This document shows positions 48,613 to 58,158 of a stretch of 64,000 bases of DNA, in pieces. Source of the DNA: Dehalococcoidia bacterium (lineage in GTDB: Bacteria; Chloroflexota; Dehalococcoidia; UBA6926); assembly GCA_965247995.1 (NCBI GenBank), contig OZ252041.1:259411-323410 (forward strand). Reading direction: 5' to 3'. The translations under genes were made by a program, and so were the position numbers. How positions within the stretch are numbered: position 1 is the stretch's first letter; each line of letters begins with the position of its first letter. The notes beneath the pieces were generated by a model that saw nothing but the letters and a program-made list of their open reading frames with translations, had not been told where the DNA came from and did not search any database.

Positions 48613-49154
48613 ACACAGAGGAAAGACAAGCAGATGCGCGGCGCTAGCGGCGGGGCGGTGCTGAAAACCGAGCGTGGCGCCATGCGTGGTGTTGTTCTAC
48701 GTCACCGTCGTCGCACCACCGTTGGTTCTCGCCTTGGGCTTACCGGGCTGGACCACTTCACTGCGGCCGCAGTCAGCAAACGGCTCGGGCATCTCACCCA
48801 TTGGCCATCGCGTACCCGTGCTGTGGACCCTGGAGCCAGGGTGATCGAACGCAGGCCACGTTCGGTGCTTCATGCCGCCTACGTAGAACCTCCGGTGAGC
48901 GCGCTTGTGCCGAAACAAGCAACTCAGACCATCCCGCGCTGTGGTCAGGAACCGGCGAGTCACTCTACCAGACAGCGTTCGTGTCTAGCAATTGGCCGCA
49001 AACCCTCGCGCTCGGCGGCACTACACTCGACCAACGACCACTCACTGCCCTCCAAGGCCCTTCGGCCTACCCAGGGGTGGGCAGCTCCTGAAATCAGTCC
49101 GAACAATCATCCTCTCGCCTGGCAGCTTCCTCCGAGATAAGGAAACGGGAGTCA

Positions 49155-49637
49155 TTGGGAATGACACTTCCGCCGCGTCGGCTTGCGACAGTGTTGATTG
49201 CCATTAGCTTGGTCTTGGTGACGGCAGCCTACGGTTTGGTTGGGAGCTGCGGTAGCGACTCCAAAACAAAGGAAGAGATCGCGCTGGAAGTCGCCGAGGA
49301 CTGGGCCCGCGACAGCGTCGATGAGGTTGCCGAAGAGATCGTCAAACTCATAATCGGGGAGGTCCCCCTCGCAACCAGCTTGGCCGCGAACCTCCTCGCA
49401 AATCAATTCCGCTCTAACCTGGAATGGACCTACGGAACGCCGACTCGGGAAAGCGGGAACCGCTATGTCATCACTGCCACCGCGGCAACGAGCGCCGAGA
49501 TCGACCTCCCACTAGTCGAGGCCAAGACCTACACGGCGTCCTTGCCGTTCACCCTCGAGATCGAGGTCAGTGACCGCGAGGTGACGAGTTGGATACCCGA
49601 CATCACCGGAGCCTCGATCTCGGAGCAAACCCCGTAA
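49155..49637 (+). CDS. lipoprotein, function unknown
   Basis: Signal peptide with lipobox LVGSC. RBS AAGGAAACGGGAG upstream. Confidence 0.6.
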   Translation: MGMTLPPRRLATVLIAISLVLVTAAYGLVGSCGSDSKTKEEIALEVAEDWARDSVDEVAEEIVKLIIGEVPLATSLAANLLANQFRSNLEWTYGTPTRESGNRYVITATAATSAEIDLPLVEAKTYTASLPFTLEIEVSDREVTSWIPDITGASISEQTP

Positions 49638-49678
49638 TGGCTGGGTAGGCAAGGTCGGCGGCAGCCGAGTGTCCCGCT

Positions 49679-51520
49679 CTATGCGGGCCGAGCTTTCGCC
49701 CGACTGCGCGCCTGCCGATAACGGTCGTCCACGTCCAGGACGCGCTTGCGGAGCCTGATGCTCTTCGGCGTTACTTCAACAAGCTCGTCGGTCTCGATGT
49801 AGTCGAGCGCCTCTTCCAGGGTGAACTTCACCGCGGAGTCCAGCCGCTCGACGATCTCGGACGTCGAGGAGCGCATGTTCGTGACCTTGCGCTCCTTGCA
49901 GATGTTGAGATCGAGGTCCCGGTCGCGCGCGTGCGCGCCGACGATCATCCCTTCATACACGGGCGTTTGCGGCTCAACGAACGTCTCGCCCCGCTCCTGA
50001 GCATTGCGGATGCCGTAGGTGACTGCCACGCCGCTCTCCGATGCCACGATAACGCCGGACCGAGTCGATTTCACCTCGCCCCGAACCGGTTGGTGCCCCG
50101 TGAACTCTGAAGTCATCACGCCATTGCCGCGAGTCGCGCGCAGGAAGAAGCTGCGGAAGCCAATGAGCCCGCGAGTCGGCAGCGCGTACGCGAGCCGGAC
50201 GTTTCCTTGGCCGTCGTGTTCCATGTGGGTCATCTGTCCAAGCCGCGACGCAAGCTCCTCGCCGATCGCGCCCAGATACTCGTCACGGGTGTCGATCGTG
50301 AGGAGTTCGTACGGCTCTTCCACAACGCCGTCGACCCATCGGGTCACCGCTTCGGGTTTGCTGACTTGGAACTCCAAGCCTTCCCTCCGCATGCTCTCGA
50401 TGAACACCGAAAGGTGGAGCTCGCCCCGTCCCGAGACGAGGAACTCGTCGGCGCTCTCGGTGCGCTCGACGCGGAGACTCACATTGGTCTGGAGCTCGCG
50501 TTGGAGCCGGTCCCAGAGCACACGGGACGTCGCGTACTTCCCTTCCCGGCCTGAGAACGGTGAGGTGTTGACGCAGAACGTCATCTTCACCGTGGGCTCT
50601 TCGATTGTGATCCTCTGCAGCGCTTCCGGCGCGGCGGGGTCCGTAATCGTGTCCCCGATCACGAGGTCGCGCAGTCCGGACACGGCCGCGATGTCGCCGG
50701 CTTTGACCTCGTCGACCTCCCTGCGGGCCAGGTCACGGAACACGAAAACGTGGTCCGCCTTGTACTCCGAGGCCGTGCCATCCCGCGACAGCAGCGCCAG
50801 GCGTGCGTTCCGGGTGAGCGAACCGCGGAAGACGCGCCCGATGGCGATCTGGCCGAGGTGGTTGTCGTAGTCCAACGCCGCCGTCAGCATCTGAAGCGGG
50901 CCGTCAAGGTCCGCGACCGGTGCGGGTATGTGCGCGGCGATGGCGTCGAGGAGCGGCGCCATGTCCCGCGGTTCATCGTCGGCGCCGACCACCGCGTAGC
51001 CCTGCTTCGCCGAGCCGTAAAGGATCGGGAAGTCGAGTTGATCCGCGTCGGTCGCGAGCTCCAAGAACAGGTCTTGGACCGCCGCTTCGACGTGCGCGAC
51101 GCGGGTCGTCGGGCGGTCGATCTTGTTTATCAGCACGATGGGACGCAGCCCCTCAGCGAGCGCAGTCTTCAGCACGTAGCGGGTCTGGGGCATCGGCCCT
51201 TCCACGGCATCGACCACTAGCAGACACCCATCAGCCATGTTCACGACGCGTTCTACCTCGCCGCTGAAGTCGGCGTGGCCAGGCGTGTCGATGATGTTGA
51301 CGGTCAGGTCTCCGTACGCGATGGCGGTGTTCTTGGCAAGGATCGTGATGCCACGCTCGCGCTCCTGCGGGTCCGAGTCCATGATCAGCTCGCCCACTTG
51401 CGCGTTGTCGCGGAAGACGTGGCTGAACTTGAGCATCGCGTCGACAAGCGTCGTCTTCCCATGGTCGACGTGGGCGACGATGGCGACGTTTCGTAGGTGG
51501 TGTTGTGGTGTCAGGGCCAT
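49679..51520 (-). CDS. typA: translational GTPase TypA/BipA
   Basis: MALTPQHHLRNVAIVAHVDHGKTTL…DTPGHADF…NKID and an EF-G-like domain layout without domain IV. ATG at 51520 chosen over the ORF-track start at 51613. Confidence 0.9.
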   Translation of the reverse strand: MALTPQHHLRNVAIVAHVDHGKTTLVDAMLKFSHVFRDNAQVGELIMDSDPQERERGITILAKNTAIAYGDLTVNIIDTPGHADFSGEVERVVNMADGCLLVVDAVEGPMPQTRYVLKTALAEGLRPIVLINKIDRPTTRVAHVEAAVQDLFLELATDADQLDFPILYGSAKQGYAVVGADDEPRDMAPLLDAIAAHIPAPVADLDGPLQMLTAALDYDNHLGQIAIGRVFRGSLTRNARLALLSRDGTASEYKADHVFVFRDLARREVDEVKAGDIAAVSGLRDLVIGDTITDPAAPEALQRITIEEPTVKMTFCVNTSPFSGREGKYATSRVLWDRLQRELQTNVSLRVERTESADEFLVSGRGELHLSVFIESMRREGLEFQVSKPEAVTRWVDGVVEEPYELLTIDTRDEYLGAIGEELASRLGQMTHMEHDGQGNVRLAYALPTRGLIGFRSFFLRATRGNGVMTSEFTGHQPVRGEVKSTRSGVIVASESGVAVTYGIRNAQERGETFVEPQTPVYEGMIVGAHARDRDLDLNICKERKVTNMRSSTSEIVERLDSAVKFTLEEALDYIETDELVEVTPKSIRLRKRVLDVDDRYRQARSRAKARPA

Positions 51521-51710
51521 AGGTATCTCGGGTCGTCCTTCTTTGTGTACGCGACCAACCAGGAGCGGCCGGGGCCTAGCCTTACACCGGCTCCGAACCC
51601 GCTGTGATGTCAAGCGAGAACAGTCTGGAGGTTGAAGCGGGTCCCGCGCTGAGAAACCCGTTTGATTGGAAGGGTACCAGGTAGAGCGACGCCACGTCCG
51701 GTCATCCGGG

Positions 51711-52124
51711 TCAGCCGACTTCGGGGTGGGCGCTCCACGAGGTGAACGGCCGGCGGGTCGCGGTCAGCTTGATATCAACCGCCTCATCGGGAGCCAGATC
51801 GACTCGAGTCGTCGGCCCGAGTTCAGTCCCGTTTGAGAGATGGACCTCGACACGGACCTCACGGAGCGTCCTGTTGGTCGTGTTCTCCACCGTGCCAACG
51901 AAGGCATTGGCAGTCGAATCGTACGACAGGACCAGGCGAGCGCCAGCCCGGACCTCATCGAAGGTCGCGCTTAACGCGAATTGCGTACCCGACTCCTCAC
52001 CGTCCTCGTCGGATCCCGAGCCCCCGTGGTGTTCACCGGACTCTGAGTCGCCAGAAACGCAACCCGTGAGAGGAAGCATCGCAACGACGCAGAACAACGC
52101 GAGGGCCATCCACACCGGTCTCAT
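51711..52124 (-). CDS. lipoprotein, function unknown
   Basis: Signal peptide with lipobox LTGC, then a Gly/Ser/acidic linker. Confidence 0.6.
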   Translation of the reverse strand: MRPVWMALALFCVVAMLPLTGCVSGDSESGEHHGGSGSDEDGEESGTQFALSATFDEVRAGARLVLSYDSTANAFVGTVENTTNRTLREVRVEVHLSNGTELGPTTRVDLAPDEAVDIKLTATRRPFTSWSAHPEVG

Positions 52125-52348
52125 GCGCTTCCTCTTTTCATGTCGACGGTCTTCAGAGCTGAACGGCTGTCGAGACGAATCTTCCCTCCAACGAACAGCC
52201 GTAACCCCTGCGACAAGCTCAGGCCAGGATTCTTATGCCGCGTACTCCGGCCCGGTCTTGTGATCCGTTGGAAACCGAAGTTCATGGAAATGCCACTGTC
52301 AGAACCCACGCCAGCCAGGCAGAGCGGCCGCCTGCCGGAACCACAAAG

Positions 52349-52777
52349 CTAGCTGCTCCACGTCGAGTCGCCCTCGTAGATATCGATCCAGCGTGCATCC
52401 TTGTCCTTGCCAGCGCCGGGTGGGACAGGTCGCAGCGATGCGCCCTGCAAGAAGGTCACCTTGATGTAATGGGTAAAGACGTGGTAGCTCACGAACCACC
52501 CTTCGCCGTCGATGCCATAGAACGGCGAGTTCCACCTCACGGCCTTTCGCACGTCCGGCACGTTGCGCACGATGAGCGCGTCGAGGCGCCGCCCAACATC
52601 CCGTTTCCAATCTGGCATGGCCGCTATGTACCCCCGTACTGGGGCGTCGCTGTCTCCCTTCGGAATCTGAGGGTTGCCACCTGAAAGAAGCACCGACTCC
52701 CCAACAGCCTTCTCGGCGACTGACTTCTCTGCCACTTCGGTTGGCTTCTTGGATGTCTCGTCAGCCATTGCCTTCAC
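52349..52777 (-). CDS. DUF1801 (YdhG-like) domain protein
   Basis: …AMPDWKRDVGRRLDALI…VRWNSPFYG…GWFVSYHVFTHYIKVTFLQGASL… matches the DUF1801 pattern from memory. Confidence 0.6.
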   Translation of the reverse strand: MKAMADETSKKPTEVAEKSVAEKAVGESVLLSGGNPQIPKGDSDAPVRGYIAAMPDWKRDVGRRLDALIVRNVPDVRKAVRWNSPFYGIDGEGWFVSYHVFTHYIKVTFLQGASLRPVPPGAGKDKDARWIDIYEGDSTWSS

Positions 52778-53234
52778 TCCAATCCGCGCTTCCCGCAGCT
52801 AGCGCCAACGTTGACTATAGCCAGCACTATCTTGGAGATGAGAACGAGCTTGCAAGCCTACGGAGGCCACCCCCGCTGGCTTGGGGTTCGCGGCTCCATC
52901 CCTGGGTTCCACTGGCTCGTCGGCTATGAAATCCGATCCCAAGAGAACAGTGATGGCGACCCAAGGAGTGATGAATCAAGTCTGCTTGGATCGCAGAATG
53001 TGGGCCTAGTAGGACTGAATCGCGAACTTTTCACCGAGAGGTCTTGATATAGGGAACGCGCCCGAACGCTTTGGCACTTTGGGCATCATCAATTTCGTGT
53101 TCCTGATCTATTGACGCTCAGGATAAGTATGCGCGAGGCTTCGAAGCTCATCTGTGATTTCCATTACGAACTCCTTCTCTTTCGGCTCGCCAATGACTTC
53201 CACTACGAACCTGTATTCTCGCTGACCTGCAAAC

Positions 53235-54005
53235 TTACGGCGTTTCACGAAGGGAACCACTTCTCCACGCCTCCCGATAGGGAAACCGGTTGATGATCCT
53301 TTCGGGCGGGTCACAGTAGGTAACAGGCCCGTGGGACACCAAGACCATGGTATCCAGGTCCTTTCGGAGCAGACGGACTTGCGTGGTTATCTCCGCTTGC
53401 GTCAGCATCATCCGCCTTATCATGTCGAAGCGGTTGAGCCGGACGTTTTCCATGCCGAACTGCATTCCGATGTCCTTGCCCACCTGCATCGCGAATGCCG
53501 ACGGATCAGGAATGAACGTTGCACAATCATAATTGGGGAACTGGCTCCGTAGGTCTCCAAAGCCTCGGCCATCCAGCATGACGGACGTGCAGAACATCAA
53601 AAAGTCGGTCTTCGCCGAAGTCACCGTGGAGGACACATTCTCAAACCCCGTTTGCGATGGGAGGCCGTTCTTCTTGCGGAACTCGCTGAGTGAACCCCTC
53701 TGTACCAACCTGCCTTCTTCGGGGTCCGCGATCCCGGCGGTTTCATCCTCGCACTCCCGATAGTAACGGGACGACCCCAGTTTGACGTGTGTCGAGTCAG
53801 GGATAGCGTGTCCTTTCCTTGAGAACTTGATTCCGCCCAGTGGAGTCTGAAAGGACGGCCGGTCTCCGTAGTCGACGCGATACGTGAACACGGTGGAGGC
53901 CGACGTGTCGATGGCTACTTCGGTGGCTTTCAGCCTGCGCCCACTCCCTTCGAGGAGGTCTCGAACGTCCTCCGGAATGCTGGAGAAAGGATCATCCTTG
54001 CTCAT
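53235..54005 (-). CDS. hypothetical protein in a low-GC island, no recognised family; possibly frameshifted at its 3' end
   Basis: 256-aa ORF with local GC clearly below the window average. A 68-aa ORF (53108..53314) overlaps its last 80 nt in another frame and also looks protein-like. Confidence 0.5.
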   Translation of the reverse strand: MSKDDPFSSIPEDVRDLLEGSGRRLKATEVAIDTSASTVFTYRVDYGDRPSFQTPLGGIKFSRKGHAIPDSTHVKLGSSRYYRECEDETAGIADPEEGRLVQRGSLSEFRKKNGLPSQTGFENVSSTVTSAKTDFLMFCTSVMLDGRGFGDLRSQFPNYDCATFIPDPSAFAMQVGKDIGMQFGMENVRLNRFDMIRRMMLTQAEITTQVRLLRKDLDTMVLVSHGPVTYCDPPERIINRFPYREAWRSGSLRETP

Positions 54006-54543
54006 GTTCTGGTCTCCGAGCCGTTGTCGTTCGGGCGATATTCCGCCTGCTCCTTCCGAATTCGCATGGGTTTGATCATGGCGTCCACCGCAACCAGTTC
54101 CGAGTGTCGCTCAACGCCTCATCTTTGGAGCAGAAGTCCGTGCCATTGACCATATAACCTTCTCCTCGACGGAGAGACACAGTAGGGACGTTGGAGCATG
54201 GTGGGCCGTGTAAGATCGAATTGCGAACTTTCCGGTGGAAGGTCCAGATATAAGGAGTCCAGTTTGGTGCGCCTCGAACGGCTTGTAAGAAACAGAGCGG
54301 GAACGGCCACGCGGCTCCCACTGACACTCAGGTCGTGCCCAAATGTGCAGCGCAGTATTCCCCGCGTAATGGGACACCGTGGCGCGCGCCACAGCGTGAT
54401 ATGATACCCGCAGGTCGAATCGGGGGGCTGTCATGACTAGAGACGAACGGAATATTTTGCGGCGTGTGGTGATGGCTCTGCCGACGCCTCAATACAAGAC
54501 TCTCGTTTTCTAAGACCTAACGCTTTTAGTAGGCGCGCGCTCT

Positions 54544-55203
54544 TCAGCGTGGCCCGGCTAAACTCGCTAAGCTCTTTATAGTAGATGCCAATTCCCCAAA
54601 CGTAGCGACCTTGGCAATTGCTTTGGACAAATCGTGAGTTGCAGTGAACTCGTTTGCAACCACGATGCAGTCAATACCCGCCGCTATCGCCGACTTCAAC
54701 CCTCTCGCCGAGTCTTCAATAACTACCGTCTCAGCGGCAGTAGCACCAAAGCGCTGGAGTCCTTTCAGATAGGGTTCGGGATGTGGTTTAGCTCGCTCGT
54801 AATCCTCCACAGTTAAATAGAATTCCATATAGTCTAGAATGAATCGCTTTTCGTGTATTAAGGCGAAGTCCGTTCGTTTGGATGTAGTAACTATACCCAT
54901 CCTATACGCATCGGCGAGTTCGGCTAGCGTTTGCAGGACACCCTCGATCTCGATGTCTTCGGTCATCAGGTATTCCTGGTAGTATCGGTTTCTTAGTTCT
55001 CGGCCACGTCTAATTTCAGATTCGGACATTCCCGAAACTCGTGCCGCCTCCCACGCGGAAACTCCATTGGTCATATTCACCAAATATACGTCTCGTGGGA
55101 GATCAATTCCGATAGATGCCAGCGCTCGTTTGTTTGCGAGGTAATACCAATGTTCTGTTTCGACTAAAACCCCATCATGGTCAAAGAGAATGTATTTTTT
55201 CAT
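54544..55203 (-). CDS. HAD-IA family hydrolase (phosphatase / beta-phosphoglucomutase-like)
   Basis: Motif I FDHDGVL, motif II …VTTS…, motif III K, motif IV …EDS. GC about 50%, much lower than its surroundings. Confidence 0.85.
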   Translation of the reverse strand: MKKYILFDHDGVLVETEHWYYLANKRALASIGIDLPRDVYLVNMTNGVSAWEAARVSGMSESEIRRGRELRNRYYQEYLMTEDIEIEGVLQTLAELADAYRMGIVTTSKRTDFALIHEKRFILDYMEFYLTVEDYERAKPHPEPYLKGLQRFGATAAETVVIEDSARGLKSAIAAGIDCIVVANEFTATHDLSKAIAKVATFGELASTIKSLASLAGPR

Positions 55204-55776
55204 TTTTGTGCTCGATTCAATTTCGGTTTAACGATCAAGCTGACTTGGCGAGCCCCGGCGAAGAACCGTCGCAGAAGAGTTAGCGGTGTTTGCGATGCGA
55301 AGCGAGAACTTTAAAAAAACCTTTGCTGGCTCGGTCAAGTTGAGCGCCTAATGGCTTCTTCAAGTCTTTTCTGCTTTCAATGGGTAGCCTAACTCATAGT
55401 AGACGCCCTACCGGGCGCGATACCCCGCACCATACCCAGTGTCTATCATGTCGCAGCGATTTCTTCGACGACCTGCTATCACCAGCAGTTTCGGGATTAG
55501 ATACCAATGCTGGCGCCACGTTATGTTCCATCGTCCCTTCCGTCTCTGGTCATCCCCGGAGGAGAGGCACAGGGCCGGGTCCCTCTGGCAGCTGGACGGT
55601 GACCTACAGCCCCGCACAAATCTTCGCCGAACGCTGCGTCGGATGCCGAAGGACGGGATCACCGGGACAGGCGGGCACCGTAGCATATGGCGGATCTTTG
55701 CCGGACTGGAAAGAACTAAACTTGCCTATACGTCCAAGACTAACCTGAGCACAAAGGTTCTTGATGTTGTCCAGTT

Positions 55777-55851
55777 TGGTGGGCCCGGCAGGGTTCGAAC
55801 CTACGACCGATCGGTTATGAGCCGACTGCTCTGCCACTGAGCTACGGGCCC
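55777..55851 (-). tRNA. tRNA with a CAT anticodon (elongator Met, or Ile2 if lysidinylated)
   Basis: Reverse complement folds as GGGCCCG-TA-GCTC-AGTGGCA-GAGC-A-GTCGG-CTCATAA-CCGAT-CGGTC-GTAGG-TTCGAAC-CCTGC-CGGGCCC-A-CCA. That is a 7-bp acceptor, GTGG D-loop, CAT anticodon, TTCGAAC T-loop and an encoded CCA. G1-C72 and the lack of 3 GC pairs in the anticodon stem argue against initiator tRNA. Confidence 0.9.
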
Positions 55852-55988
55852 GTTGGAACATCGTTCCCCAGAATACTAGTCGCGCCGCTCGCCGCCACAC
55901 GTCTGCGAGTTCAGGTACGATCGATATCGTCCCAACCGTGATGCCTCCCGCACCCCAACCCTAACTTCGGATAGCGCCTAGCGAACTC

Positions 55989-57245
55989 GTGCGACTTCGC
56001 GTCCACTACGGCTGGCTCGTCGCCGTCGTCATGTTCCTCTGCTTCATGCTGTCGGTTGGCATCGTCCAGTACTCGTTCGGCGTGTTCGTCACCGAGTTGG
56101 AGAACGAGTTCGGGTGGTCGCGGACCCAGGTCAACGCCTCTCTGTCGCTCTTCGCGGTGACCGGCCTCCTCGCCCCGCCCATCGGCTGGCTGTTGGATCG
56201 CTTTGGCTCGAAGCCGGTGATGGTCATCTCTATCGCTGCCCTGGCGTTGAGCCAGTTGCTCCGGCCCTGGATGACCGACCTCTGGCACTTCTACGCGTTG
56301 AACTTCATCCAGTACGCCGCATTCCCGGGCGCGATCATGATCCCCTCGGGGAAGCTCATCGGCCTGTGGTTCGAGGGAAGTCGCGGCCGAGCGATGGGCC
56401 TCACGGCGATGGGAGCCAACTTCGGCGGGTTCGTATTCGCGTGGCTGACCGACGTCCTGGTCGGAACAATCGACTGGCGCGCGACGTATTTCGTGTACGG
56501 GGTGCTGTTCGCGCTGCTCATCGTTCCAGTCCTCCTATTCATCAAGGACGGGCCGACGGTCCTCGTCACCGTTAGCTCAAGCGACGAAGCACCCGGACCA
56601 CGACGCTCCGCCGATCAAGGAGGACTCTCTGCTTCCGAAGCCATCAGGACGCGTGCATTCCTGTTGATCGTGGTCGCGCTCTTCCTCGCGACGTTCACCT
56701 ACCAGTCAGTGCTGACGCAGATCGTGCCGCACTTGGAGAACATCGGGGTGTCACGCGCTCAGGCCGCGATCGCGCTCAGCTTCATCTCTCTGGCGGGAAT
56801 GGGCGGGAAGGTCCTATTCGGCGCGCTCACGGAGGTCTTCCCGGCCCGATACGCGATCGGCGCCAGCCTCGCCTGTCAAATCGTCGGGATAGTGATCCTT
56901 GTCACCGTCGGCACGTCGTCTCCACTCCTCTGGGTCTTTGTGCCGATCTTCGGTCTCGGGTTCGGCGGGCTCGGCTCGTTGATGCCGCTCGTCGTCCAGA
57001 ACACCTTCGGCCTCCGTGGCTTCGGGAGCATCTTTGGCCTCGTGAATTTCTTCATACTCGGCGCGGCGCTCGTGGGTCCACCGCTTGTCGGGCTGTCCTT
57101 CGACACGTGGGGTAGCTACTCACAAGCATTCCTCATTTTGTCCGGAGCGTTCGCACTTGGCGCCATCGTGATGGCCTTCGCGAAACCACCGCGGACCGGG
57201 CAACCGACGACGCGCCTCGAAGCCGCCGCCGAAGCCCGCAGGTGA
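55989..57245 (+). CDS. MFS transporter
   Basis: 418 aa with 12 predicted TM helices and an MFS loop motif (…GWLLDRFGSKP…). GTG start. Confidence 0.85.
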   Translation: MRLRVHYGWLVAVVMFLCFMLSVGIVQYSFGVFVTELENEFGWSRTQVNASLSLFAVTGLLAPPIGWLLDRFGSKPVMVISIAALALSQLLRPWMTDLWHFYALNFIQYAAFPGAIMIPSGKLIGLWFEGSRGRAMGLTAMGANFGGFVFAWLTDVLVGTIDWRATYFVYGVLFALLIVPVLLFIKDGPTVLVTVSSSDEAPGPRRSADQGGLSASEAIRTRAFLLIVVALFLATFTYQSVLTQIVPHLENIGVSRAQAAIALSFISLAGMGGKVLFGALTEVFPARYAIGASLACQIVGIVILVTVGTSSPLLWVFVPIFGLGFGGLGSLMPLVVQNTFGLRGFGSIFGLVNFFILGAALVGPPLVGLSFDTWGSYSQAFLILSGAFALGAIVMAFAKPPRTGQPTTRLEAAAEARR

Positions 57246-57270
57246 GACCCCGGAGGTCCGCCAGCAGACC

Positions 57271-58158
57271 CTAGTAGACAATGAGCGGCCGGTCAGCCGT
57301 CTCGGTGATCCAGCTCTGAATCCCGGCGGCTTGGAGGGCCCAATGGGCCTTTCCGGCTTCGTGCCGATCGTCGTACACGGCGTACAACGCTGGCCCGGTC
57401 CCGGACATCGCAACCGCAGCGGGCCCGGCAATCGTCAGGAACGTCGCGCACGCCCGATCCCATCCTTTGTAGACGTTTGATGCCGCATCGTGGAAGGCAT
57501 TGTGGTGTTCGACCTGCCCCATGAGTGAGCGCCAATCCCTCATGTCTGCGGCCAGTGCCGTGCGCCAAGCGGCCACGAAATGGCCACCCGTAAGGTCACT
57601 CTGGCCGATCTGTTCGTACATCGCCGCGGTCTTCGCGTGTGGACGTGGCACGTCCGGCACGGCGACGATGACCCATCCATGGCGCACCGGTGGGAGCGGT
57701 TCGACACGCTCACCCCGGCCGCTCGCATGCGCCGTCCCGGACACGTTGAGGAAGAACGGGACATCCGACCCGAGCCGCTCAGCCAACGCTAACCATGCAT
57801 CGTCCTCAGGATCGAGCTTCCAAAGCCGAACAAGCCCGGCCAGTGTGGCCGCCGCGTCCGCGCTGCCGCCGCCAAGGCCGGCTGCCACGGGGATCCGCTT
57901 GACGAGGACGATGTGCGCGCCGGTCCCCACACCCGCTCGTTCGCGGAGCGATCGTGCCGCTTGCAAGACGAGGTTGTCGTCTCCGCTGATCTCGATGGAG
58001 TTGGTTTCCAGCACGAGTTCATCGGACGGACGGAACACCAGTTCGTCGGAAATCGTGATGGCTTGCAGGACGGTCGTGATCTCGTGGTAGCCATCCTCGC
58101 GCCGTCCCAACACCTCGAGGCAGAGGTTGATCTTCGCTCGCGCGATCACGTGGATCAT
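57271..58158 (-). CDS. ispE: 4-diphosphocytidyl-2-C-methyl-D-erythritol kinase
   Basis: …AKINL.L.V…R.DGYH…, …PVAAGLGGGSADAAA… GHMP-kinase motif. ATG 58158 overlaps the rsmA stop (ATGA). The ORF-track start at 58203 is upstream. Confidence 0.85.
   Translation of the reverse strand: MIHVIARAKINLCLEVLGRREDGYHEITTVLQAITISDELVFRPSDELVLETNSIEISGDDNLVLQAARSLRERAGVGTGAHIVLVKRIPVAAGLGGGSADAAATLAGLVRLWKLDPEDDAWLALAERLGSDVPFFLNVSGTAHASGRGERVEPLPPVRHGWVIVAVPDVPRPHAKTAAMYEQIGQSDLTGGHFVAAWRTALAADMRDWRSLMGQVEHHNAFHDAASNVYKGWDRACATFLTIAGPAAVAMSGTGPALYAVYDDRHEAGKAHWALQAAGIQSWITETADRPLIVY

Noticed and set aside
48940-48985. SRP-RNA-like GGTCAGGAACCGG motif
   Set aside because: It lacks the GGAA tetraloop and GGAAGCAG 3' strand of SRP RNA domain IV, so the helix cannot be completed.
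48634-49140. 168-aa ORF on the + strand
   Set aside because: Arg/Ser/Pro-rich low-complexity translation with no RBS and no family resemblance. Typical spurious ORF in GC-rich non-coding DNA.
54006-54543. Small ORFs upstream of the island gene (54111..54434 minus, 54198..54404 plus, and a 27-codon ATG ORF at about 54431)
   Set aside because: Mutually overlapping, with no RBS or domain support. The region is more likely promoter and UTR of the island gene, though a small toxin or antitoxin cannot be excluded.
55439-55900. ORFs 55439..55840 (+) and 55604..55900 (-) near the tRNA
   Set aside because: Both read through the tRNA-Met gene, e.g. the translation …SVAEQSAHNRSVVGSNPAGPT… is the tRNA itself. 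No coding support, and no integrase-like sequence was seen there.
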